A DNA stretch of 20,000 nt, from positions 60,424 through 80,423 of the forward strand of contig NKIB01012388.1 in the NCBI GenBank assembly GCA_002256025.1. The letters run 5' to 3'. The notes below the pieces were generated by a model that had not been told where the DNA came from, made no database searches, and worked only from the letters and a program-made list of their open reading frames with translations. Position numbers and translations under genes: made by a program. Positions 1-11,315 of this stretch are shown here, piece after piece; within the stretch, counting starts at the first letter, position 1; every line of letters begins with the position of its first letter. This stretch comes from Asterionella formosa (taxonomy: Eukaryota).

Positions 1-1139
1 AATCTTGACGACCTTCTAGTCGATTCTTTGTCTTCTTCTTTGTAATAATGATTACATACCAATGCCTCTCCAAAAAGCTTGCGAAAACCGAGCATGCTAT
101 CAACCTTGTTCTCTTTGCAGAAGTGTTAAAATGCTAGCATGGCATTTAATTCTCTGACTGAAATGAGGAATTCAAATTCTATACATCTGCAACGCCGATT
201 ACTGGTACAGCCGCCACAAAAAAACGCTAGTCAAATATGATCACCCAAATTAACTATTTGGGTGGCCCAATATGACGAATTTAGCTACGTATATAATTTA
301 AGGGTATGACATCACATAAAAAAATATGATGCATCTTTCAATATCTATGAACGGAGTGAACTAAAATAGTTTCGACAAATTCCATAATTACTTTAGGAAC
401 TCACATAATTTTTGGGGCAAACTGATAATATATTCTGGCGATACGAAGAAAAATTTGTTCAGTTATAATCTATATTGGCTATACGCTACTTTTCTCTACA
501 ATTCACAACATTTCCATTCACAAATATTCTTCGCTCCGACTAGCATTAATTCTGTTCGTTCACTCCCATTTTATCTTTTCTTTGATCACATTAATACCTC
601 AAGGATATAATTTCAACATTGCATTTTCAGACACTTTTATGCAAAAATTGTATTCTTTCCTAATACTAGAGGTGGCCAATGAAAAATTCTGCAAGTAAAA
701 ATTATCATGCATATAGGATCAAGGGTATTGTACGCTAAGTGGCACAGGATTTTCGTATATACTATGATAAATTTTCGATCAAAACTATGATCAAGGTATC
801 CAATAACTATGATGATTTATTAATATTCTACCAACCTTGAATTATGACGAGAATGAGAAAATTATGATCACACAATGTATATCAACTGATCAACAACATT
901 TCTCATCAATATCATAAACCTTCTCATATTATTTTCACTTCTCGTGATTCCCAAATGTAAATTATTACTACAACGCATCCTTAAATCAGCTCAACTCTTT
1001 GCTATCATGTGAATTGTTTCATCGTAAATCTATCTTAAACATGATCGTAAATCTAATCACAAGCATCGTTCAAAATAGATTGAAATGGATCGTGATTTAA
1101 CTATCAAATTTAGCAATACTATCTATGATTCTACAGGCT

Positions 1140-1860
1140 AGTGACCCAACGTTTCTCTCTCTACTTGGCTCAATGTATATTGTTCCTATCCCGCCCTTTT
1201 CTTCCTCTATTCTGAATCTTGTGCCAAGCAGCGCTTCTGCTCTCTCCTTGCTATTAGTGTCATTCTGAACTCGCCGACTGTTCCATTGTTTGATTGGTTT
1301 TATTGTCCTTTGCAGTTACAGTAAAAATGAGAAGGAACGACTTGTTAGTTTGTCATTTTACACTGACACAACATCACGCCATTCCATTGTATCCTCGTGC
1401 TTCAGCCACTTAGTACTTCAAATCAAAGCAACAAATAAGTAAGTTTCAGGTCTTCAATGTTGTCGAATAAAACTTACCGATTCATTTTCGTTCGCTTAAC
1501 GTGGAGAATAGGCAAATGTGTCCGTCAGTTATGTTCCAACAGAAGTAAATAGGTCCAACGACAAGAACACTTACCAATTTTGTTTTCTTTTACATTGGTG
1601 CTCCCGAACAAGCAAAACGAGCTACTGAATCAACTGAGAAAAATGGAAATGTGCGTTTTGCTAACGATTTGTTGTTGTCCTGCCTCCCAATGATTGTCAT
1701 CCAAGTACCACATTGATGGCTTCATTACCTTAAACATACTCCATCCTTCGAAGGCCCAATGTGTCGAAGCCACAATGTTTTTCATTATTTCATAAACTTT
1801 CCTTTTAAAGTGCTTTACTACGATATTTCTTTTCATGAAGCAGGCATTGTTTGTTAACAT
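1140..1860 (-). pseudogene. Possible small multi-exon gene remnant, unknown product
   Basis: ORF 1630-1860 is followed on the minus strand by two GTAAGT donor-like sites (~1574, ~1477), a CTAAC branch-like site (~1348) and a purine-rich coding-like tail. Weak. Confidence 0.25.
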
Positions 1861-2344
1861 GACAGAACGATTTCAAATATATTTGCCATGTACATAGTTA
1901 TAAAATTTGTAAATATATAAATATATCAAGTGTCATACATATATAAATTCAAAGGCATTCTCAACATGGCACGTCTGGTACTGTTGAGATGATCATATTT
2001 GCAAATAGATAATTCGAATATATTCAATGCACCATATGTCCATTGCTTTCCACAACTTCGTGTACTGGTACTGAATTTTAGAAATTTGTTTGCATCAATA
2101 TTTTCTACATCCGTTGGAACTAATTATTTAGACCATTCAATTGGTGTACTAAGTCATAACCCATTTGTGTCATTATTTATATGCAAGGATTTTGGTAGCA
2201 AATTGTTAAAGCCCCTTTTTTGGGCGGGAGTTCTTCATGTGTACCGGTACATCATACGACAATAACATTTTATCATATATATACAGAGTACCAGTAGCAG
2301 GTAGGAAGTGATATACTGGGGGTACCAGGTAGTCACAGTACCAG

Positions 2345-2800
2345 GTAGTAAGCGAGCAATAGAACACCATATGTTCATGACTGTTGCTACTGCAGTGGGA
2401 CCACAGTAAATCATCATAGTTTTAGGATCGTATGATCATAAAATTGAAAAAGGATAGTCGGAGTAGTAAGCAAGCAACAGAACACCATGTGTCCATGACT
2501 GCTGCTACTGCAGCGGGACAGTAAATCATCATAGTTGTAGGATTGTATGATCATAAAATTGAAAAAGAATAGTTGGAGGAGTAAGCGAGCAATAGAACAC
2601 CATATGTTCATGACTGTTGCTACTGCAGCGGTACAGTAAATCATCCTACTTTCAGGATCATATGATTGTAAAACTGAAATAGGGTAGTCGGAGGCCGAGT
2701 AGTAAGCCAGCAACAGAACACCATATGTTCAGGACTGTTGCTACTACAGTGGGACAGTAAAGCATCATAGTTTCAGGATTGTATAATCATATATTCGAAA
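2345..2800. repeat. Tandem repeat, ~118 bp unit, ~4 copies
   Basis: The anchor AGAACACCAT occurs at 2361, 2479, 2594 and 2715 (periods 118, 115, 121), and the whole unit is conserved between copies. Confidence 0.95.
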
Positions 2801-3009
2801 ACAAGATATACTATTACTCAAACTCGGTTCTGATTTTGTATATGATAATGTAAATAGCACTGTTGATCCTATGGTGTCATATCTAGACAGCGTAAAATAT
2901 TATATGTAGTGGCTGATGATTCATTTAATTGTAGCTAGCAACACCTGATTTTAAAATCATCATCGAACTTTAAGTAAGACAACAAGGACAACAGTTATCT
3001 AGTAGTACA

Positions 3010-5440
3010 ATGTCTTCAAAAAACCATAAAGAGGTTCATGGAAACAAGCGACATGTAGCAAATACTGCCGGTATGGAACAAAGAAGCAAGTACCAAAATG
3101 AACTAACAAAGAAAAAGCGAAAAGGTGATTATCCAAAGGAACCCAATCGGCAACAGGGAGTTAGTGGGGGTACTACCCCCATCGTCGTTGGGGACACCAG
3201 CAGCTACTAGTACAAAGGAACCCGTAATTGATACTGAAAGCAATGATGACGTTTCTTTTTCAGTTGTTGATAAAATAAAAATGGCTCCTGTCGATGAAAT
3301 AATAACTCTCAGATGCAGATGGACAACATGGTACCATATCATAAATATCCTAATCGCACGGACCAACAAGTACATGAAAAACTGAGGGAAAAACTTGCCA
3401 AAGGATATGATCAATTGGTCAATGATCTCAGTCACTACAAAGGCCGTAATTCGGTTCCTGAGTATTGTGTCTCCCAATCCAGCTAATGGCAAATACGCAA
3501 CAGCAAACGAGTGGTGCCGTGTTATATCGCATAATCCTATTATGCCTGCACTAATAAATCATTATTTTGGTGGTGACTTAAAAGGATTATTTGGTGCAAA
3601 TCCATTTGAGGTTCTTCATCAATTACTACTTGGAATATTTAAGTACATTTTGGAATCATTGTACAAATATCGGACTTTCCCTGAAGAATGATCATGTTTT
3701 TTTAAAAGAAAATCATCAGATATTCCAGAGAATATCTCCGATTGTTAAACGTATCACTGAAACAACAGACTCTGCTTTTCTTGATCAAGAGCAACCGAAG
3801 AAACGGGCAAAGACCAAAAAGGACACGCACACCAGTTACCAAAAATATCTACAATGGCAAAAATCAAGTCCCAACACTTGTACCAGCACCAGAAATGTAT
3901 TTTCGAAACTATACTGTACTTCGAACAAAGTGCTAGACATATCAATAGTCATTTGGAAAGGCAGAGCGATCGTGATATTCCAACATTTTCATACAGATCT
4001 GGGATGACATCTTTGTCAAAAATGTCAGGGCAAGGCAAGAAATTCCCGGATTATGTCTATTACTATTTTTTCAATGGGTGGAATGATGGGTTCAGAGAAC
4101 ATGCACCTAGAAAAGGATTTCACATTGCTGTTATGATTATGTATATCTATCTATGACACTTTATTCATACCGCAGTATACATCAACATGTATTGATATTT
4201 GAGAGGAAAGGGTTAAGAGATTTATGTCAGTTAGTACTAAGATTTTGATTGGTCCTCCCCAACGGGAAAGGATATCTCAAATAAGTTTGCCTTACGAATG
4301 GCAAAATTGAATGGGATGAAACATTACCCTCATCTGATTAGGAAGTTCGCTCGGTTCTCCTCTTAATTTCTTTGGTGGATATTTGGAGTTTTTTTTAAAG
4401 ACAAATTAAAATGAGACCAAGTAGGCGTGTCAATGGAAAATTACATCGATTAAAGCATGACATTTTAACAAGATCATATGAAACAAGGCAGTTTTCCTTG
4501 GCACGAAATTTTTTTTGCAAGTGATACGTTACATACAGAAAAAAACAGAAGAAGATGAGTAAAGAACATATCAATGTAACTGAGGGTATTTCAACAGAAA
4601 TTCATTTCGAAGGAATGATTCCGGATACAAGGATGTTGCCAAGTACTAGTACCTCCCCTGATAATTTGGGAATATCGCCTACCAAGATCCATTCATCATC
4701 CCTTCCTCTTAAAGTTCAATTTTCTGCTTCATCATCAAATGGTCTATGGACTATGGCAGGTGTCCCAAATAAGATTGGGCATGTATCACGGAGTAAAGAT
4801 ACACCCTTGCTTGTCTCAATTGGTTCATCCTGATTTACCAAAGGGGGCCAACTACATAAAGAGCATTGCTAATTCAGCAATAGAAATAGCAAGAATAAAA
4901 AGTCTTGAAGATGGGGTTGGGCCTGGTGCTGTTTCCATTGTAAAGATTGACTTTTATTATCATGTTAAAATTGAAAGCAACATTTCCGGCCAAACTACTA
5001 TTTTCAGATGCCATGATCCGAAATGGAATAATGATTCAAATGCAGGAATCTCTGGTCGTGAATGGTTTGACTGGGTCTAAGTGAACTGAGATAAAGGAGA
5101 TGGATCAAGTTCCTACACAGTTCAGTTCCTGCAAAACTACTTCTTTGGGGAAATGTTATTCTCTCCAACACAACAACCATTCTCTTAGCGTGTATTCATT
5201 CCTTGAAAAGTTCAACTGAAATGAAAATTCATAAATGTATGTTTTTTGCAAGAGGAGACACCTTATGCAATGATACAACTGAATTGAGCGTTGTTGAATT
5301 TCATAACATACTTTCGGCAGCATTTGTTGTACCTGCTTTGAAACAACAGGAATCAAGGAAATCTCTGAAACCGCAAGATTTTGGAACAGATACGAAAAGA
5401 GAATTCTTATGTTGCCATGCATGCCTCCACATCATTTATG
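3010..5440 (+). pseudogene. Degraded Plavaka/CMC (EnSpm-related) DNA transposase, frameshifted and probably internally deleted
   Basis: Colinear motif fragments in different frames: FGGDLKGLFGANPFEVLHQLLLGIFKY (EVLH at 3608-3619, matching the D/ExLH..LG..K motif); RQSDRDIPTFSYRSGMTSLSKMSGQ (from 3959); KLNGMKHYPHLIRKF followed, after a frameshift, by GSPLNFFGGYLEFFLK (~4304-4400); FRCHDPKW...REWFDWV (to 5077); VPAKLLLWG (~5125); VVEFHNILSAAFVVP. Multiple stops and frameshifts. Family recognised from memory of Plavaka-type proteins. Confidence 0.75.
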
Positions 5441-7070
5441 GAAATTTTTTTTTGCCATTACTTTCTAGTTGCAATAGAGTTTCCAATACTTTCACAATTG
5501 TAAACGGTCCACATGACCATCCACTATCATCTTCTGGTTGAAATAACATGGAATCATGTTCAGTGGCCATACTGATCTGCAATGGTGCTTTGGTGCCAGT
5601 ATAGAAAGATTCCGATAAACCAATTTCTTCAGGTGTATGGTATTCTTGTGGAAGATAGCTATCCTGTATCGGTGATAAACAATTCCAATTGTGTGCAGCA
5701 CCCAGGGATGATTCAGTACTTATGGGCAAGGTGAAATACTTGATCATAATGTTCATCCAAACTTTCATCTTTTCCTGGATCATGGACTTGACATAATCCA
5801 TCATTTATAGCAAAAAGATTATGCACAAAAGGGTTGTTTTCCTCCTCATCTGATCTTTTGCAATAAACAATTAGCACATACAGTAGTTACTGTCATGATG
5901 AAGTGGATGACAATCACCTTGGTATAAATACTGTTTGTTATTACCCATTTCTGGTTCTCGTCTAGATCAAATATAACCTTTACATCAGTTGGATGAAGTT
6001 CATGAGTTATATAATTGATCATAGAGCAAGGTAATTTTTTCAAGGTCCCAATATGCAAGATCTTTAAAATCTGAAGATGATTTTTTGATACCTTTGACTC
6101 CATAAAACACAGAGGCGTAATTGCATATTTCTTGTGGGGTACGTGTGTACAAATCTTTCCACAATTTTAGTTGCCCATGAGTTTTTGGCAAACTCAAGGA
6201 AAATGCAGTTTGCTTTGGTATGATAACTCTACACATTTCACATGCTGACTCTTCACAAAAGTTGGCTAGCTGCCTTCGGGACTGTTCTCGATGATTTTAC
6301 AGAGAAATTTTTTTTCTTCCATGTATGATTTGGAAAAAGATTCAATTGTTTTCTTCAAACTTCATTCCTGACTCAGTGCATCAACTGCCTAAGCCAGCAT
6401 GAATCACATATCTGTCTGCATTGATCTTTTTGAATTCGAGGTCTTGATCTAGCGCAGACTTTTTCTTGAATATCTTTTCTTTTGAAAATGCAATAGTTTC
6501 TCTGCTTTCATGATGTTCATCTTGATGTTCTGGACGAATAGTGAGATATATTTTTGTTTTGCAACTTTTCAACCATTTCTACTTCGGAAGTGATGTCTGC
6601 CACATTTCCGCCGGTATTTTCATGCATCGCATGAGCTTGTTCATCAAATGAATGAGAATCACTGAGTTCTTCTTCAAGATCGGCGATGGCAGGAGAATGA
6701 ACACCTCCGACACTGGATGGAACTGTGACTCTGTAGGAATAGACGAGTCTTCATCCGTGAAGAACAACTGTTTGGGTTTCCTTGGCTCTTCAAAAGCAAT
6801 CTTTCCTTCTTTTCAATCTCTGCCACTATTGAATCGGGATACTTGATTCATTATTTATTCTGGAGTATTATGAATCTGTTCAAATTCATTTGTTGTTTGA
6901 GCGTATTCAAAGGAATCTTCGATTGATTTCATAAGAAGGTTCTTCGTCTTCTTTTTCGAAAACATAAAGACATGTCGTGTGAACGACGGAAGAAAGTCAC
7001 GTTTCTTGTTTGATTGATCCTTTCCATGAAATTCATGAAATCCATGAAATGCCATTTGGAAAGTTGTCAA
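5436..7070 (-). pseudogene. Degraded gene with a C-terminal Ulp1/SENP-like (peptidase C48, clan CE) cysteine protease domain
   Basis: ORF fragments 6855-7070, 6579-6767, 6381-6572, 6000-6236 and 5436-5804 all share one frame, suggesting a single ancestral ORF. The C-terminal FQPEDDSGWSCGPF (5502-5543) matches the Q-x(n)-CG-x-F oxyanion/catalytic Cys motif. Upstream frameshifted pieces (MINYITHEL..., VIVIHF, YVLIVY, FVHNLL) lie where the His and Asp strands are expected but are degenerate. Confidence 0.55.
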
Positions 7071-7137
7071 AGGGCCAGAAGATTATGATGTAAAACAGTG
7101 GAAGGGAAACGCGCAGCTTTTTGCGGCGCTTGTGGAG

Positions 7138-8256
7138 TTGCAACTGGTGTGACGGTAACTGAGTGTAGTAATTGTTGAACAGAGCACAGTGTAATATGCA
7201 TGTTCCGCCAGTGTAGTGTTTACGCAATACATATGCCGGTATATCTTATGGCTATGACAAGGAAAAACGACACAACGATGAACGTGATGGCTGGTTGTTG
7301 AGGATACCGGTATGTGATATGCATCAATCCATATCACAAATCATATTACAGTGATGTTCCTCTCCACGCACGCATCTGTATACTTAGATCATATTCACAG
7401 TATAATGCTATCATGTTAACTATTTATTTTTTCTGTAAACATTTAAAGTCGAATATAAATATTAAGTAACATTCTTTTATGATTAATCAACCTTTTTTCT
7501 ATGACAAGACCACTTGCGTCCATATTTTATCGCATTTCATTATCATTGTTCTACTTTAACATAATCATATTTTGATTAAAAAGATATCATAAACATTTTA
7601 AAAAATCATCATAGTTCTATGATCAATGTATCATAGCTATGTGATATACTTTATTCAATATTACGTATCATATTTTGGTGATGTATTGCAACTGGTGTTA
7701 TGGTTACCAAGTGTAGTAATTGTTGAACAGAGCACAGTGTAATATGCATGTTCCGCCAGCGTAGTGTTTACACAATACATATGCCGGTATATCTTATGGC
7801 TATGACAAGGAAAAACGACACAACGATGAACGTGATGGCTGGTTGTTGTGGATACCGGTATGTGGTATGCATCAATCCATATCACAAATCATATTATAGT
7901 GATGTACATATTTACGCATCCATATACTTAGATCCTATCCACCATATAATACTATCATATTAACTGTTGGCTTTTACTGTATACATTAAAAGTCGAATAT
8001 ATATATATATATATATATTAAGTAATATACTTCATGATTAATCAACCTTTTTTCTATGATGTACTGATAACACTTGCGTACATATTTTATCATATTTTAT
8101 TATCATTGTATTATTTTAACATTTTCATATTTTGATCAAAATTATATCATTAAAATAATAATAAAATCATAGTTCTATGATCAATGTCTATGATCAATGT
8201 ATCATAGCTATGTGATTTATTTTATTCAATATCAAGTATCATATTTTGGTGATGTA
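7138..8256. repeat. Direct tandem duplication, ~550-570 bp, 2 copies
   Basis: CAACTGGTGT occurs at 7141 and 7689. Both copies end GTATCATATTTTGGTGATGTA (7685 and 8256). The duplicated ORF translations MIWIDAYHIPVS... confirm the match. Confidence 0.95.
7997..8018. repeat. (AT)n microsatellite
   Basis: About 11 AT units, present only in the second copy of the 550 bp duplication. Confidence 0.9.
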
Positions 8257-8401
8257 TGCATCGATGTAACCCTATCGTGATATCACATTATCATCTTATC
8301 AATCATTCAATGTTGATTGGGAACTGTATTCTGCATCGTACTACGGAGTATGATATTATAACACGCACTTTAGTAGTAGCAACGTCGCTGCTGTAATGTA
8401 C

Positions 8402-8932
8402 ACAAGTCGACAGTGTACGTACATACATGCTAAGCAGGTTTGAGGCAACGGAAAGTGGTTCCAACGAGCAAATGACGATATGCATACCTTTTTCCAGCGG
8501 CAAACCGCAATGATGAAGGATACTTGTCCCTCTATTGATGAGGGTGACACGGACACCGACTTTTCCAGGAGCAAACAACAATGAAGAGACCCATTTGCGG
8601 CTCTATTGATGGTAACAAAGATGCGGACAAGTTCAAAAGCGAATACAAGAACAACATACCAATGAAAACAAGTCTACAGTGTGTGCACGCACTCGCTAAG
8701 CAGGTTTGAGGCAACAGACAGTTGCAACATGCAAATGACAATACGGATGTCAAATTATTCCTGCAGCAAACCACAATGGTAATGACGAAGGACATTTGTC
8801 CCTCTATTATTGATGATACAAATATCAGGCGGGTTGTCCATGAGCAAACAAAAATGAAGTGAGCCATTTGTTGCTCTATTGATGGTAACAAACATGCAGA
8901 CAAATTCAATAGTAAATACAAGTACAGTATCC
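8402..8932. repeat. Diverged tandem duplication, ~268 bp, 2 copies, with internal sub-repeats
   Basis: GCTAAGCAGGTTTGAGGCAAC occurs at ~8429 and ~8695. GCTCTATTGATGGTAACAAA occurs at ~8600 and ~8873. A GCAAAC..AATG...CTCTATT sub-motif appears twice per unit. Confidence 0.85.
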
Positions 8933-9759
8933 CAAATGCGGAAACAAGCGATATAAAAAAGAAATTGTAATCAGAATCATTCTATAGCCATAACTGTGTG
9001 GATAGCAGTCTGTTACATTTTCCTATCTCCTTCTATGCTGAATCTCAATTGTAGATGTAGTATCATGTGAGAACTGAAAATGTCAACAAGAAAAAGTAGA
9101 ATGTGTTCATTTACAAGTTGATTTGCGAGATTGTCATGTTGGTGGTTGACAGAATGGATTTACTATTTGCGCTGTGTGCGGAACCATTCCAAGTTCGAAT
9201 GATTTCTTCTATGTAAACTCTTAATTGAATGATTATGAACCTAGGTTCACTGCACATGATGATGATTAATCAAAGATATAATGATCACTTGACCCTCAAT
9301 TGAAGACGATATCGCAAACAATCATTCCACTTGTCATCGGTTGTTTTTCGTTGTTGTTGCAAAAATCGGAGTGATGACAGATGGAAATGACAAGCCAAAT
9401 TACATTACTTTAGCTGGTACATTATCCTACCAAGAAGTTCAAATACAGGAATCTAATAGGAACAATACATATAATAATTAAATATACATAGTCAAAAGGG
9501 TTACTATTGAAATTACAAGGGCATTTATCAAAACTATTAGATGATATAACGAAATATTATGATCAGATGATCACAATTCTATGATGCATCATGGAAATTT
9601 GATAGCTTTCATTTGTCACTGTTTTCCTTGCGCACAACTTCTCATATGGAAGTGCTGATTCAAGAACGGAATCACAAGTATTTGAATCATAGTTCTTGGC
9701 GGTCTACTAAAATCTCAAGTGGTGCTGGACAGGGTTTTTGACTGGACTTAGAACATTGT

Positions 9760-10483
9760 TTAGCAAACTGGTGGAGTTGGGACCACAGTCTCTTTGGCCT
9801 TTACAATGTTCTTTTTCTTGGAGATCAAAGTTTCTTGATCGATGTTCTTATGCCCCTCATTGTTAATGTTGGGCAAATGTGGTGAAGGTAGGACCGGAAC
9901 ATCAATTTTTCTCATGGAGTCATCCCTGTTGGAAATGCCAAAAGTAGGGTGTTGAAAAATGTGCATCCTTTTTGCACTCTCTTTCACACTCTTGTTCCTG
10001 GTGAAATGCGTCTTGCTATTCTTATTCGTCAAATCTTCAATTGACGATGGGTAAAACACTCATTTGCATACTGCAACCACCCCTGACGAAATTGGTGGTA
10101 GGCTGCATCAGCCTGATAGAGCAAGCTTGAAATAGCTAGTTGCTGTGTTAGTGACACCCTTGAAACTGCCTTGCGAGCTGAAACTTTGAGTGGTGATTGC
10201 TAGGCGTGAACCAAAAGTCTCCTGCTAGGTCAAATTGCTTGGAATCCGGTTCGGATACCTTTTTCCTTTTTATGGCAGCTGGTTTAGAGTCTGGTTTCGA
10301 TACTTTTTTGCTGGGACTTGCGGCTGGTTTGCAGTCCAATTCAGACTCGTTGTAAGGATTAGTTACAGGCCTTGACACTTTTTTGCCAAGTATAAAGGCA
10401 AGTTTAAGAAAGACTACTACAGTACTACGGCGCTGATCACAGAATCCAGTGGTACATAAGCTACAGGGACCTCCGGGTCCCAA
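9760..10483 (-). pseudogene. Coding-like remnant with KKVS.PDSKPAA low-complexity repeats; function unknown
   Basis: Adjacent minus-strand ORF pieces 10148-10483 and 9760-10059 contain repeated KKVS/DxKPAA peptides. No recognisable domain. Confidence 0.3.
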
Positions 10484-11315
10484 TAGTTAATAAATCCTAA
10501 AAACGACTGATTCACCATGACGAAAGGCGCTAGCCAAGCGGTCAACCAGGCAAAGAAAGAACAACTCATACAAGTGGGACAGCACCATCAGATGGTAATG
10601 AGATCCGACAGAAAGAGAATGCAGAAAAGGGAGGAGATGGAAAAGCAAACTAAGATTAATGCAGGAGCGGTGAAAACCAGCGATTGCATGGATGTTGATT
10701 CGGCGTTTTCCACAATACTACACATAGTTGGGGAATTCACAGCAATGGAATTAACACAACGCAAACTGAAGAAGAACCAGGCAATGACATTAACAAGAGA
10801 AAAGAGATGAAGAAGCTTAATAACTTTTTCGCTACACTGGGCGCTATTATAGTGCAAGAATAAGAAGAATACAAGAATTGCGATATGACAAACATTAACA
10901 AGAGTAAAGAAGAAGACAGAGAAATGAAGAAGTCACTGATGATGAAATTGCGCCTGCGCTGGATAGGCTTCTCAAAGCAATAATTTTTGTGATAATGACG
11001 ACAACGACAAAAAAATGAGTTGGAAGCCCTGGAATCACCAATTGTTATGGAGACCTCAAATTGAATCACCAGAATTGGGGCCAAACGGGAAATCTTTAAC
11101 CCAATCCACACTCGCCATCCAATTCTCCGGCTGACACAAAAAGTGCAGTCATAGAGAACTGAACCAAGAACAAAGCTGCCAGAATTATTTTTTTAAACTA
11201 CTTCTACACGATGAAGTGACTACCAACCAATTCCACCGCCCCGCCTTATATGGGCCATGGAGCGCAACGACAGCAACTCTAGAAATAGAAAAGTAAGAAT
11301 GCGCTATAAAAATGA

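Noticed and set aside
7033..7963. ORFs 7033-7227, 7083-7337, 7661-7885 and 7748-7963 as genes
   Set aside because: They are short, lack recognisable motifs, and their mutual similarity simply reflects the DNA duplication.
7138..8256. 550 bp direct repeats as LTRs
   Set aside because: The copies are directly adjacent with no internal region, and no gag/pol remnants or PBS/PPT were seen.
10517..11111. Overlapping ORFs on both strands (10517-10810 +, 10588-10857 -, 10737-11111 -)
   Set aside because: This may be a decayed + strand gene, but neither strand nor product could be supported.
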